63,220 nt of DNA, filler included, from Reclinomonas americana ATCC 50394 (GCA_048213135.1; 6 parts of 5 records of this genome joined end to end with filler, not necessarily neighbours in it); one strand, 5' to 3'; counted from the first letter of the whole stretch, positions 40,352-55,500 are shown. Numbers and translations: made by a program. The notes: generated by a model not told the origin, from the letters alone.

Positions 40352-40809
40352 TGCGTTGGGCGCTGCGCTGCGTGCTGTCCGCGAAATAATCTGGCGACGC
40401 ATGCACGTGTCAGTCTCATACGCACTCAACCACACACACACTGCCACTGCTCACCAACACACTGAAAACGAGTTTAACACACGACACAACGAAGATTGGC
40501 GATTGGGTGAATAGGAGGTCCGATATTGAATTCAACCAGTCGCAGTTCTCTCCGACGTCACACATATGCGAATGCGCGAACATCCACTGGCGCCAATGTC
40601 GCGAGGAGAATCCGTGCAACGATGAACGATCGAGAAAAGGATCGAGAAAGATATTGTGTCCTGTCGTCCGGTGATCCGACCCGGCATGACCCGGCAAATC
40701 CTGTCATCGGCTTCACACGACTGACATCAAGTCGCTTTCTCACCGCGAGAGAGCACCTGCCTATCCCACTCGTAGAGTCCTTGTGGGGGGCTGATCGTGC
40801 ACACATCCA

Positions 40810-43800
40810 ATGTCTGACAAAAACAAAGGTGTGTGACATGCCCCGACTCACGCCTGTCTCACGCTCACCGACTTGTGTGTTTGTGTTTGTGTGTGTGCAG
40901 GTGGCGCATCAGGGTCGGCAGGTGGCCGAGTGTGGGGTGAGTTGCTTTGTGTCACGCCTCGTATCCATTCTGCATCGAGTTTACGATTCTCCGCACAGTC
41001 CCGACGCACAACACACGCAGTCAAGCTGCTGGTGCGTTTGTATGAGTGTTGTGGTGCACAGTGTAAGGTGGCTACATTTGTGGAGTGTGAATGAAACAAA
41101 CATGCAAAACGCAGCCGCAGCCGCCGCCGCCGCCGCCGCCGCCACAGCGCCACCCGCCAAACAGGGATGGAATTCCTCCACCAACACTGCTCGTCCTTCG
41201 TCAGCAGCAAAGCCACCACAGCAGTGGCTTGGTGCAGGTGAGCTGTTGCGCGCTGACCATGCACATTGCTCTGAGCTCACCACTCTTGTCCCTTCCACTG
41301 CAGGATCGACGACGCGATGTGCATAAAATTGTCTCCTGTGTGTGCTTTCTTTTCTGCTGCGTCTGACAAACTTGATGCACAGCTCCCACAGGCACTGGTG
41401 CAGCAACAGGAGCGGGAGCAGCTGGTCCATCCGGTGTGTGTCCCGTTGGTCTTGTCAGCTCGTATCGGTGCGCTGCTGTTGTCTGGCTCATCGTCAACTC
41501 GACACAGGTGCTGCTGCCGGCGGAAGTCGATCCGCAGCGCAGCCACCAGAAGCACGTGAGCTCGAATCATTGCGTACAGGTGGTGCAGGTTCGTCGGTGG
41601 AACCCGGCGCCGGCGTCGGATCACCACCTCGTGCAGCCCCGTTGTTCAAGGGTGGCGCAGCTGCCGCACGTGATGCCGCCGAGCACAATGGTAAGCCCTG
41701 TGGTGCCGCCTTTCTTTGCCTCGCTCGCTTGACAGCAGTAACTCACTCCTAATCCCACGTGTCAGCGCGCGAGGCTGAGAAGCAAGCTCGACGCACCGAC
41801 GCCGCACTCCGAGGTTTGGCTGCTCTCTCATCTTCTCTCCTTCTTCTCCCATCGACAAGTGTTGTTGAAAATGGCGTGCTTGGTACATGTGCAGCCAGTG
41901 ACGTCGCACCCCGGTGGCCTGCAACCAACAAAGGTACGCGTGCCAGTGTGGACGGTCGCGTGGGCGGCGACCTAGGGCGAGGTTTGTTTTCTACCGATAG
42001 CTGCACCCCTCTCCATCTTGCTGAATGTTTTGACCATCGCAGAGGCTGCAAACGACCGTGACAATCGGTCGAAGCGGGCAACTCTGCCACCACAAACTGG
42101 GTCGCTGGAAGAATTCCCTGCACTGGGCGCGCCTGCGGGCTCGGGAGCACGCGCTGCGCACTCGTTGTCCTCGTCGGCTACTGGCGGCTCAGCATCTATC
42201 GCTGGCGGAGCCGTGGATGGCATGCGCAGCATGCCAAGTGCACGACTGCGTGGTCCTGTAGACGTTGTCGACTTGCCCCAGCCCCCATCGCCGGGTCGCG
42301 GACAACCTCGCCCAGATCAACAATCGTCGCCATCCTCGGCCGCATCTGGTTCCTCGTCTGTGATAGCGGGTTCGGCGGCTGCCTTTGCGGCTGCCGCTGC
42401 AGGAGCAGGCGCAAGCGCTACCGCTGCAGACGCCGCACCACCAGTGAGCTTCCGAGCCAACACGAAGAAAACTGGTGGTGTATTCTACCGATGGCTCGGT
42501 ATCGGTCAAGGCTATGAATCGAAATGGGCCGGGGAGGTGGCGGACGTTCTCGCTCAACCACCGAGCTTTGATCCATCGGCTCGTCTCAGTGGCGTGACGC
42601 GTGTGTTCAACGGCTTCGATCGCAACAATCAGCTCAGAGATAACTCGGTACGTTTATCCCCGCGGTCGGCTGGTGAGGAAGAACACAGGTGACTCAAGTT
42701 GACGTGTGTGCAGAACTTCAAGGCCGATGTGCAGCAAATGATTGATGTTTTCAAGCAATGGTTGGCCTGGGAGGGCTTGGACTTTGGCGCAGAGTTTGTG
42801 ACCATTATCGTCGCGGAGGAGAAGTTGGCATCGTGCGTACTGTGAACAGCATAGATGCCTTGCTGTTGTGCATAGTGTGCTCATCGTTGGTGTCAGGTAT
42901 GCTGTGCTGGGTGGCGTCGAGAGTGACATGCGCTCACAAACGGAGCGTGTCGTGGAGCAGCTGTCGAGACTTCTGAACGGCGACATTACTGTCATCAAGC
43001 AGTGCGTTGACGTCATGAAGGCCTTGCAAGCAGCGTCTCCGGGTGCCGTGCGCCATTTTGACCATGTTCTTCACGACCTGGTTGAACGGCACCAGCCGCG
43101 CACTGAACAAAACTTCCTGTGCCTTCTCATGCGTCTGCTGTTGACAGTATCCCTCTCACAAGGTTCACTCCATCGATCGTGAGGCCATGTGTGTGTGTCT
43201 GTGTGACTGATGGTGTAATATGATGTTGGTGCAGTCGTGCTGGAGGAGGACTGGATGCTGTTTTGGGAAGGTTGCACTGATGGTATGATGTGATGAGCGG
43301 CGTCACCCGTTGTTGCATTTGCTGCTGTGACTCACGGTGCTGCTCTGGCACAGTCGACTACTTCACAAGGCCAAGAACTGAAGAGCACGTTGCTCGCAAC
43401 TTTCGCGAGTTCTACCTGCTGCTCCCACTCTCTGTTCGAATGGCAATCAGCTTTTCGCGTTACGTCTGCCTCCCGTCATCTTGCCAAGCCGATATCTGTC
43501 TTACACATGAGCTCTTGAACATTTTTCTTGTCACGAAACAGTGTGGGCCACGGTATGTGTGTTTGCCTGTGTGCTGCTAGATGTATGTGCACATGCTGAC
43601 CGTCGCTGTGACACGACAGCGACGGGATTTGATGACCATCACAGGCGCACGCCGCTTCAAGGAGCTTTTGGCGCTGTTTCCGAGACCACTCGTGGATGCG
43701 GGCTCTGTGGAGAATGCGCAATACATGGCATCACTCGTCTCCACCCGACTAGAATTGCAAAACCGCCCATCTCCCGTCGTGCGCGAGTGGATGAGCACAT

Positions 43801-46800
43801 TGCTGGAGTGCAGCACGTTGGTTGTCACTCACGAGAGTGCTGCGGCGCGTGTGAGTGGAGCTCTGATCGACTTGCTTCTCGCTGACACCAGAAGTAGACC
43901 GGTTTGTGTTGTGCCTTCGGCGACTCTATCGTTCCGCTCGCTCACGTTGTCGCTGCACAGGACCACATTGTGGAGCGTCTGGAGGCTGTGGTTGATGCAG
44001 CAAGCGAAAGTGTATGCCGTGACCAGGTCATGCAGGCCTTTTGGCATCATTGGGCGGCGCGAGTCCACGAACTGCGTCCCAGTGTGCTGCGGGGGTGAGG
44101 CGTTCTACCTTCCACATTTCGGTCTGTTCACCCAGGCGACTCACATTGCTGCGGCTACAGTGTGCTTTCGTCGAGAAAGCTGAAGACTCTGCAGTTGGCG
44201 TCGCACTTTGTGTCGGAGGAGGGCCGTGTGCACATTCAGATATGGGCACGCACGTGGGATCCCGACACGCTATTCCTGACCGTGAATGCCATCAGCGACG
44301 CTATTGACACCAGCCGGGTTAATACCTTGCACCCCTTGCTCGTCAACGTGATTGAGGGACTGGCCTCGGTTCCTGGTGCTACTCGTCCAGTTGACTCGTC
44401 GCTCGCTGCTATACTGCGCATCCCCGAAAGTCTCATCTCAGTGCGTGTCTATACCAAAGGTCTGTTTTGCGTCATGTAGTAGCGCTCATCTCGTGTTGTT
44501 ATGTTTTCTTGTTGCCTGCAGCTGTGTCGCCGCATCCAAATGGCCGAACACAGACCAGTCGTTCAGGCTGCCTTTGAGAAGGTGACACACAGAGACCGCC
44601 GCCGCCTATTACTGTGTCTCTGACCGCGCTTCTCCGTGTGAGTACAGCTGCTTCGTGAGTTCCGACCGCGTCAAGTCACCGCTGTCCTCCAACGCGTGTC
44701 ATTGCAAGTGGGTCTATGGAGAGACATGTCGGATGCCGCGCAGCGCATCGCCTCGGCCAGTATGATGGTGACACTGTTGCATCAGACTGTACTCCACCTG
44801 TGCCAGCGGAATGGGTTGGTTCGTGAGATGATGATCACGCAGACAGGTTTGATGTACCGTCACATGCTGACTTTTCCTCCGGCAGACGCCAACTCAACAA
44901 CACGAAATCATGATCGATTGCTGCAACGAAATGGCCCTCAACCCAGAGTTGTCTCTGCTGGAGGTCATCTTCACCCTCATCGCATTCGGCGACGCCGTTG
45001 GAGACTCGGCCGCTATTCTCCCACTGGCCACGCAGCTCAATCACGTGGCGCGCTGGGGTCGTACTCGACTCAGTCGCCTGCCTCCTGGCTACAGGGAACT
45101 GCGATACCCCACCCACTTTGAGGCACAGCTGGCCCGGGTTCGCTGTCTCTGTTTTTCGTTGCTTCGTTTGCATCTGCTCATCATCTCGGTTTTGTCGCAC
45201 AGTTGCAAGATGGCGTCGTTAGCTGGGGAGATCGCATCCTCCGTCGCTTGCTATCCGAAGATGATGTGCTTGCCATCTGCGCCGGTGTCGATGGCTTCAA
45301 CCAGCTGTGTGAGTGCTTCACTGTGCTTCTGATATCTTGGGTTTCTGACGCGCGGGCGCTCATTGCTACTCTGCCTATGTCTCATCACCCAGGCACTACA
45401 TGCGGGGTGCGGCTGGTCGTCAATCCCGCTGAGCTGCAGCAGGCGGTGGAGCGTGCAAAGGTTGCACACGAGCGACTCGAGCTGGCCTGGGAGTGGCTGC
45501 GTGGTCATCAGATTGCCGGCGCAGAGGGTCCTATTGAACCGGTGAGTTGGATTTTTGCCATGCATGTGTATTGTGTTGCTTTCATACTCAATCTGTCACG
45601 CGGTGGTCCTTTCGCAGTGGAATCGGACCACCATGATATCAGACGCCGACTTTGCGGCGCAGCGATGTGCCAACGATCTCCGCCTCGATGAGAGACAATT
45701 TCGCGCGCTGCATTACTTCCTCGGCCACAAGGTCTGTGCGAAGCTGAAGTGCTGCATTCTACTCTCCCCGTCTGTGCGCTCATCCGTACGTTGTAGAGCA
45801 TTCTCTTCCGCAGTTTTTTGGAAGACGAACTTGCGGGTGTTCGCGGCCAGGCCATTGGTTCCACTCAATTCGGGCAGATGGTGGCGCGCACTGAACATCG
45901 CCTGCATGCTCTCATCGAAGACAGCCGTGTGCGACTGGCCGATCTTCAAGGCCTGCAACAAGTGACGCGTATTGCTGGTGCCGGCCGTGCTTTCCAAGCC
46001 GAGCTGACTCTAATGTTGCGCGCGCCCGCATGTGTTGTTGTGTTACTTTGCCAGTCCTTGTGCCTCACTTGCTCTTTACAGCTCCTCGTACTTCAACGGC
46101 AACATGGACGATGTGCGCCGTGTGACAGACGCGGAGATTCAACAGCGCATTGAGCGCCTTCAGTGCGCCACCAATGTTCTCGCTGCACGCTCACAGCTCC
46201 CAGCCCTTCTCCAGTGCTTGCGCTCGATGAACTTGATGGGAGCGCCGGAAGTTGGCGTCCTTGTTGCGCGTGCGCACGACCTACTGGACGGTGACTCGGA
46301 CCAATGGACGTTGGCTCACGTGCAGCAGTTCCACGAGTCGCTGGTGCAGGCCCTGAATCCTCTCAGCATTGCGCATCTCGACTTCTTTGGTTTGTTCCTC
46401 CGATGCAGCAGTGTGCAGTTGTGTTGCTTTCTGATTCCTGCACAATCCATTGCAGTGGTGGTTGAGCAGGCGCACCCTCTCATCGAGTTCTTGCGTGGCG
46501 AGAACGAGTCCATCCATGCCATCTTCGACAAGCTCAACACCAATGTCGGACATGCAGGCATTCAGCGTGAGCTGCTAAACGAAGTGCAGGCAGCGTATCC
46601 ACTGCTGGCGCCGCTTTTGCGCCCGAACTGCACTTTCCAAGAATTGGCGCGCCACATTCGCGGTCGTCTACAAGATGGCCGTGACGGAGCGATGCAGTTG
46701 CAGGTGTGGCGTCTGCGTGCGTGTGTGTGCGCACTCGTGTCGTTTGTGCTGACGCTTCGGCGAATGTAGTGTGTTGTGCGCAGTGCGCAGAATCTGACGC

Positions 46801-49457
46801 AGATCCAGCTGCTGTTCCGGGAACGCGATGACGTGAAAATGGAGGACTTGTTGCCGCAAGTTGCTCACCGTTGCTGGTGACTACGAGTTGGGAAGGTTTG
46901 CTTGCTCACGCCAGCGTGCTTTTTTGTGTCGTGCAGGTCGTGTTGCTGGTCGAACGAGGCGTGTTTGTGTCGACGCTGCGCGGCAGTCAGATGAAACGCG
47001 ACACCCTTTCCATCTACTATGACTCGGAGCGCGCAGAAGGCGTTCCTGAGCGCGTACATCTCTCCACTGAACAGTTTGAGGATCTGGTTCGTTGCTGCTG
47101 CGATCACTTATTGTTTCCTTTTGCTTCCCTTCCATTCACTCACGATCCGACGGCAGTTGCGTGGGGCTGTCATGTGCGAGAGTGAGGCACGGGACGAGCG
47201 CGATCGCGAACATTTGCAGCAGTTTACGGAGGCCATTGGAATCGCTCGTGCCTGCCATCACCTCCGCCTGGCATTGGAGACGGCCGGTCACCCCAACTTC
47301 CAGGGCCTGTCGACCCCCCTCATTGCAGCGCGCGGTCTCTCGCTGCCACAATTGCGCCGTGCGCAGGAAGAGCTCCAGGCCGATCTCGGCGCCTGGAATG
47401 GTCGCTTGTCCGCCAGTCGCCAGCAGTGCAAACCGCTGTACTTGCTGGACACCAGGCAGTTGCTGGTGAGTGTTGTGGTCGATCTGGCGCCACGGTCCGA
47501 CTGTTGCGTGCCTTGACTAAACAACCAAATGACACAGGCCCTCGTGCGCCACTTGAACGAGTTTTCGCGCGCGGCTGCAGCCCCGGGTGCAGCTGGCGGA
47601 TCGACCGATCTGCGGGTGGTGGTACTCAAGGCGTACCTCATCGCATGCTATCCGGAGGTGGCACCCGATCGCTTCGATTCAGATTCGGTGCTCGGGGCTT
47701 TGCAGTCTGTCATTGATGGCAGACTGCAAGATTTGGATGCGGCCGTTGCTTTTGTGCAGGCTGGTGGTCAGGCGGCTGGCGTGGTGGAGGATCCGTTTGC
47801 CGAAGGTTTGTTGTCTGCGTGTGTTTGTGCGTGCGACTTGTCGTGCACGGTTGACGTTCCTCAACCCTCGGCGCTTCTCAAACGTAGGTGACTTTGTGGC
47901 ACCAACTGTGTACTCGGTCTTGCAAGCTGGTCGTGCCGAGGTCTCGCGACTGCTGTTTGAGCTGTTCGGAAAACCGCCGCATCCATCGTGCGTGCTTCCA
48001 TGCTCCAGCTCGACCACGTTTGAAGATGTTGCGTGGCGTCGCGTCCCCGAGGATGCGTGTTGATTGGACAAAAATTATTGCTCACGTGTGTGAGGCTGTA
48101 GCTCGAGGCATTCTTGCAACGAGCACAGCAATTCTCTGCACTGATCTTTGCCGTGGTTGGCGTCAATCGACTTTCATTTGCCGTGCGAGAGCATCTGCTG
48201 ACCAAGCTCACCGAGATTGTGGAGGCCAAGCCGCGCGCACCACTGGCGCAGTTGTACCTTGTTTTCACCGAAAAGCAGGGTATGTGTATGCATGTTCACA
48301 GGTCTTGTCATTTTGCTGCGCATGTTGCTCACTGCACATGCTCTGCTTTCCGATTGGCCAGGGCTGGACGTGTTCAGTTTCCTGGATCGCGAGGAGCGCA
48401 CGTCTCAGCAGCTGATGTCGACAAATCAGTTCCGCGACATTTGTGTCCAGCGCTTCCAGGCCAACCGCATCGGCGAGTTCGAGCTGGTGACTGGTGCAGT
48501 GGGTGACGGCAAGTCGCACTCTATCCGAAAGCGGCTGACGAAGGTGCCTGCGGATGATCCTGCTGCTGCCGATCAGCTGCTCACCTTCACGGTGCCCGTG
48601 AACGAGGACTTTAGTCCGTCGCTGTTCATTCGACACCTGCGCAAGCGAACTGATGCGGCCCAGGTGCGCGTGCACGTCAACGTGTCCCCGTTTGCACCCT
48701 GGGACGAATTCGACAGTGCCTTGGCGCAACTGCTGCTCCACGGCGTCGTCCATGACCCCAACACTGGTGAGATGGTGTGCACGACGGGAGCTGCGGGGCT
48801 CTCGGTGTGGCGTCTGTATGTAGAGATTCCAGTTGGGCCGAACCCGGAGGATCCACTGGCCGTGCAAGACATTCCAGAAACAGAGGCCATTGTACAACGT
48901 CTGGCGCCGATGCTGGCCTTTGGCACGCAGCGCCATGTGACTCCGGATGAGGCCTTTGACATAGATGCCAATGCACGACTCGTGGCCTCGTACGCACGGC
49001 TGTACTACAACAACGCGTGGGCACAGTGGGCGCAGGCCGACGACTTGCAGGCTGCACTGCCGGCTGTCGACGACGCAGAGTGCCTGCAGTTGCTGACGCG
49101 AGTGTGGACAGAAGGGTGTCGAAATGTTGCGTAAAGTTGCAGACGGCGCACGTTCAAGTCTGCCCTTCCTCACATTACTGTTTTGCAGGTGCCGCCCGTG
49201 AAGATCTCGCGCCACAATCTTGTGTTGCTGCTGGCGGAGCGTGTGCCTTTCATTGTACGCTTGGTTCGCTACCATCGCGCGATGATGTCGTGGGACCCGC
49301 CGGGCCTTGTGGCGCTGCCGCTGAACGACTACGCATCCATCTTTGAGTGCTTCCTCGACGAGTGCAACGCCTTCTGCAATCCCGATTTGCGCTCAGACTG
49401 GTCATCGTTCAGCCACGGGTACACGTGTCGGGACTTTGACGAGGCGGCGCCAGATGC
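40810..49457 (+). CDS. RNF213/mysterin-like giant AAA+ protein, N-terminal part (3' truncated at scaffold end)
   Basis: Blocks collinear with RNF213: LETAGHPNF; W.GRLSASRQQCKPLYLLDTRQLL; VLPCSSSTTFEDLEAFLQRA..FAVVGVNRLSF; P-loop TGAVGDGKS; HVNVS..FDSALAQLLLHGVVHD..G..W.LYVEIP. The start codon is tentative. Confidence 0.75.
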
Positions 49458-49501
49458 NNNNNNNNNNNNNNNNNNNNNNNNNNNNNNNNNNNNNNNNNNN
49501 N

Positions 49502-49513
49502 TTAATTAATTAA
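49502..49513. other. Artificial scaffold linker
   Basis: TTAATTAATTAA within Ns. Confidence 0.97.
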
Positions 49514-49557
49514 NNNNNNNNNNNNNNNNNNNNNNNNNNNNNNNNNNNNNNNNNNNN

Positions 49558-52500
49558 GGGTAGATGAGCGTGGTGCATCGACGGTGGCAAGCGAAACAAG
49601 AACTCACTCGCGATCGGCGATCAACACACTGCCAGTGGTCTCCACGGCAACACTCTGTTAGAGCGCCGATTAGTTGTGCCCCCCACACTTGCACTCGTAC
49701 TGACAAGCAACACCGCAACAAATGGAGAGGAAAACTTGGCCCCGGCGCCACTGGCGTCCTGGTAACCGCTAGCGTACCCAGTACCAGCCAGGGTCGTCGA
49801 AGTCACCTGCGCTCCAAACGCTGAAGCAGACAACGCAATCTCGAAGGCGTTGTCGGCAGTCACGCTGGTGGAGTTGGGGTTGACAGAGCCCGACAGCACG
49901 GCTCGCACTGGAGAGGTGACCGATGCCGTCAACGTTGTCACCGACGGAACTGCTCGCCACATGCATGCAGTCAGTGATNNNNNNNNNNNNNNNNNNNNNN
50001 NNNNNNNNNNNNNNNNNNNNNNNNNNNNNNNNNNNNCAACAGTGCCACTTGAAGGAGCAGGAACCTATTCTCTTTGCTTCTCTCTCTCTCTTCACTCCCT
50101 CCCTTTCTCTCTCTTCTCACCTGGTAGCGTGCTGTAACTGACCACGACGCCGTGCTCATTGGAAACAGCATCAATGGCGCGCACGCTGTATGCGGTGTTG
50201 GGGACAAGCGCTTGCACCGAGCTCGACACCACTGAAAAAGAGTTGCCGGCAACCGACGTGGGCGACGTGGTGAGCGATGGTGGTGTGATCACGAGGCGGC
50301 GAATGACATGAGACTGATACTCTGTTAAAAGGAAATGACAATGAGTGTAGGCCGGCAGAGAATGTGACTTTACGCGCTCGAATCCTTACCCGAAAGCACC
50401 AAGTAGCCGTTTGTCGCATCAATAGCAATTCCTTGCTGTGCGTGCATACGCATTGCAAAAGTGAGTGGTGGCACACACACAATACACCACATAGGCCCAA
50501 TCTACAAACCGGCTGCGACAGGAGAGCCACCGAACGCAGTCCATCAGTGGTGCCCGAGGCACCACTCGATCCGAAGATCGAGGTCACCGTGCCCGTGCTC
50601 GACACAGATCGCACAATGAAATGGCCACTCTGTTGATGTGCACACAGTGCGAGTCAGTAACACTCTTCCAAAATGAGCGTCTAACACACCTCGGCATGCG
50701 CGACGCAACATCGACAACGTAAAGAATATTTGCCACAGGATCCACAGCAATGCTGTATGGCGCGGACAGAGAGCCCCAAGCACCCGACGACGGCAACACG
50801 GTGGCGACGGCCAATGATGGCAAGCTGATGGAGCGGACAGCATTGTTGTCGCGTTCCAGCACATACAGAATCGAACGCGAGACATCGATAGCCACGTCAA
50901 TCGGATACGAGAAGCGGGCGGCGGAACCAGTGCCATTGGCGGAGCCACTGGAGCCAGGCGATCCAGCCAGCGTCGTAACCGATCCCACAAACGACACCAT
51001 GCGTACAGTGTGGTTCTGCGAGTCAGCCACAAAAATGGATTCGCGCTGCAGAGTGCTGTCGATGGCTGCGCCGTGTGGACGGTTGAACCGGGCAGTGGTG
51101 CCGACGCCATCCGCACTGCCCGAGGAACCGTTTCCGGCCACCGTGGACACGTTGCCGCCAGACAGGACGCGGACTGCATGATTCAGCTCCTGCGCAAGCA
51201 AACAATGAGCACTGAGCGACCAGCAACTCCTTCTCATTCACCTACCTCGGTGATGAACAAATCTCCCGTCGCATTGTCGATACCGACGCCGACAGGCCTG
51301 TTAACATGTCAAGCCAACGTCAGAACACGCTTGAATAAAGAGAGAGGAGTGTGGAGTGACTTATTTCCGCCGCAACTGGAACAAGCGGGCCACAGTCAAT
51401 GCGCTTCCGTTAACAAGGCCGCTCATGCCAGCGGTGCCAGCCACAGTGGTGACAGTGCCACCAGTTGTCACCCGACGCACGAGGTGGTTTCTGCAGGGGC
51501 GAGTGAGAACGGCATGACGGGCAGACGCGGATGCGATCATGGCACGGCGCACCCCGAATCAGCAACGAAAATATTGCCAGTCGAATCGACACACATGCCC
51601 TGCACAGTCACGTGAATACCTTCGACAGCAACTGCACGTCATGGACAATCACCACGCAACAAATGGCTGGTTGAATTTGGTGGAGGTAGAGCCGGCTGAG
51701 TTGAGGGTACCGGCAAGCGTGCTGACGGCTGCCAAATTGCCGTACGGGCTCAGCCGCTGGAAGGTTGGCGACGACGCTACACTCGAGCCATTTGCGTCAA
51801 TTGTGCCCTCGAGGTAAGCGGTGGTCGACGATTGTGCAGTGGCAACTCCCGTAGTCACCACGGGCACTGCGTCACGTGTTCAGTGCGTGAATGGGAAACC
51901 CCACGAATAACATGCTTCTCGCAGCCACAGCGCACCAGAATCAGTCACGAACGACGAGACATCGCCAAGCTGTTGCGTGACCGTCTCCAGCACTCGGAAG
52001 TAGTACGACGTGTGCGGACGCAAGTATGACAGCGCGAGCGTCAGCGGCGTATCACTGCTGCCTGTAACACTGCTCGGCGACGGCGTCAACGAGCAGGGAG
52101 CAAGCGCGACCAGGCGCACAAGACTATTGCTCGCGTCTGGCGAACCACGGCGACCATATAAGCATTGCAGTCAGATAAAGGACGGAGTTTGTGCAACGAC
52201 AACGCACCGGCAACGAAGAGATTCCCAGTTAGTGGCAAGAATGCGGCGGCATTCTACGAACGCAAGGCGCGAAATATGAGGTCGCGACATCTCTTCTCAC
52301 GCTCACTCACTCACTCACTCACCGGGAATGAGAAGCGAGCCACAGCGATGGGACCAGTTTGGTCACCCCCGCTGACGTTACCAGCCGCCGTGATGGTGTA
52401 CCCGTCACTAACCCGCACAGCACGGATGGTATGGTTGGATTTCTGCATACACCATAGTAAGATTAATGCACCCACATCAGGAACGGCACAATCAGCGAAT

Positions 52501-55500
52501 GGCACGCAACATCGGTCACATAAAGCACGTTACACACGGGATCCAACGACAGGCCGTATGCCGAACCCAGCAGTGCACTTGCACCGTCTGTCGTGCCGCA
52601 ATTGCCCGCTGTACCGACCAGCGTCGACACGGTCATGGTGGTCAGGTCGATCTTGCGCACCGTGCAATTATTGTTGTCGGCTGCAAACAACAGCGCACGG
52701 CCTTCATCGATGGCGAGTCCGCGACATCCGCTAAACTGCGCCGTCGTGCATCCGCCATTTACACTGCCGGTGGCACCGAGTACACCACACACGGTGGTTG
52801 TGTAGCCGAGGAGAGAGACTCGTCTGCGTGCACGACCATCAGCACACACACGTGCTCTCTCTCACACACATGCCCACACAAACCGAATGACACGATTATC
52901 GTAGTCCGCCACATACAGTGCCTCACGGCCGGCAGTGCGATCCAATGCAACGCCGAGCGGTTGTGAGAATTGAGCAACGGCAGAAACTCCATCGGTGGAG
53001 CCGGTGCTACCGGTGCCAGCCAGCAATGACACTGTACCGCCGGACACCTTGCGAATGGCATTGTTGCCTCTCTGTGTGACAAGTACTTACATGTTCAGTG
53101 GAAAGCACACACGCATATTAGAAGTTGCATGCAGCCTCTATGCGCACGCAACATCGGAAAAGTACACGTCGCCCGTACTTTGGTCGACGGTGGCATGTCG
53201 CGGACTGCAAAACGGCGGCATTTCTGTAAGCACCCACACAAGTACCAACTGCCGCGCATGACGTAGCACCTGTTGAGCAGTGCCGTAGTCGTGGCCGGGC
53301 CTTGCACGAATCCCGACTGACCGAGTTGACCGGCAAAGGTGACTACATTGCCGGCGGCTGTCATGTGCCGGATGACATGCGACCTGCAGACAAGAGCGCA
53401 AAAAAACACATGAGGCGCGTCTGACCGTGAGAAGAATGCGTCATCAACGGCGGGATACTCACGTTCCGTCCACAATGTAACATCCGTCGCTGGTATCCAC
53501 AACAATATCCTATTTTTGTGCGTGATGAGAATCTGACAGAAAGACAGACACAACTGCATACACGACAAGAATACACACCCACATGCTCCCCGCAAAGAAC
53601 GAGGCAGCAGTACCGAGACCGTTAGTGGCCGATGATACTGCCACTGAGCCAGCAACCGTGGTGACGAACGGCGACACACCAAACGCTGTGCTCGAGCGGG
53701 CCAGTTCGAAAACCAACGAGTTGGTGGCGGTCGATCCATTGGCGTTTGCAGTGCCGCGCAGTGTGCCAGCAGTCGTCGATGTGGAGGTCGCAGACTGCGT
53801 GGCCACCGTCGGTGCTGCATTCCATTGTTATAGTCGAGCTTGCATTGAAGAGGAACAAGGAAAAGATGGAGAGAGAGGCATGCAAACCTGTTTGCGTGAC
53901 AAAAGAAGTCACAGAGCCGTGCAGCGTGCCACCGTTTACGCGGAAGTAGTACGTGATCGCCGGCAGCAGCTGTGTCACTGCGGATGTGACCGATGTGTTA
54001 CTACTGCCACTCACTGTCGATGGCGAGGAGCTGAATGTAGTCGGCGGCAGAGTGATACGTCGGATGTTGTTGAGACTGGCATCTAATTTCATGAAGCAGT
54101 ACGAGCATGAAGAGGGTGAGAAGGAACAACGGACCGACAACAAACGGGACATTGCAAACACACCGGTCACCACCAGGCCGCCGAGAACAAAGTTCACAGC
54201 AATGCCATACTGCACAACAGCAGCCACCATGTTGGATGCTAAACACGCACAGACACACACGACGACGAGCGATCGACTCAACTGGCGCAGCAAACGTCGC
54301 CACTACCGCGGTGCCGTCCGTGCCGGAAGCAGCGTTGCCCGCGCCAGCTACAGTTGTCACCACTCCACCCAGCGAGATGGATCGGACGGACATGAGAATG
54401 TACTGCAAGGGATCGATAAAGCGTGAGCGGGCGGATTCGCGGTGAGAAATGAGAATGGCGAAACGCAACGTCGGTCACATACAGCAGGCCAGACACGGCA
54501 TTCATCGTGATGCCGACAGGCGACCACAAGNNNNNNNNNNNNNNNNNNNNNNNNNNNNNNNNNNNNNNNNNNNNNNNNNNNNNNNNNNNNNNNNNNNNNN
54601 NNNNNNNNNNNNNNNNNNNNNNNNNNNNNNNNNNNNNNNNNNNNNNNNNNNNNNNNNNNNNNNNNNNNNNNNNNNNNNNNNNNNNNNNNNNNNNNNNNNN
54701 NNNNNNNNNNNNNNNNNNNNNNNNNNNNNNNNNNNNNNNNNNNNNNNNNNNNNNNNNNNNNNNNNNNNNNNNNNNNNNNNNNNNNNNNNNNNNNNNNNNN
54801 NNNNNNNNNNNNNNNNNNNNNNNNNNNNNNNNNNNNNNNNNNNNNNNNNNNNNNNNNNNNNNNNNNNNNNNNNNNNNNNNNNNNNNNNNNNNNNNNNNNN
54901 NNNNNNNNNNNNNNNNNNNNNNNNNNNNNNNNNNNNNNNNNNNNNNNNNNNNNNNNNNNNNNNNNNNNNNNNNNNNNNNNNNNNNNNNNNNNNNNNNNNN
55001 NNNNNNNNNNNNNNNNNNNNNNNNNNNNNNNNNNNNNNNNNNNNNNNNNNNNNNNNNNNNNNNNNNNNNNNNNNNNNNNNNNNNNNNNNNNNNNNNNNNN
55101 NNNNNNNNNNNNNNNNNNNNNNNNNNNNNNNNNNNNNNNNNNNNNNNNNNNNNNNNNNNNNNNNNNNNNNNNNNNNNNNNNNNNNNNNNNNNNNNNNNNN
55201 NNNNNNNNNNNNNNNNNNNNNNNNNNNNNNNNNNNNNNNNNNNNNNNNNNNNNNNNNNNNNNNNNNNNNNNNNNNNNNNNNNNNNNNNNNNNNNNNNNNN
55301 NNNNNNNNNNNNNNNNNNNNNNNNNNNNNNNNNNNNNNNNNNNNNNNNNNNNNNNNNNNNNNNNNNNNNNNNNNNNNNNNNNNNNNNNNNNNNNNNNNNN
55401 NNNNNNNNNNNNNNNNNNNNNNNNNNNNNNNNNNNNNNNNNNNNNNNNNNNNNNNNNNNNNNNNNNNNNNNNNCGCGCCGAGGTACCCGTTGCATCCACA

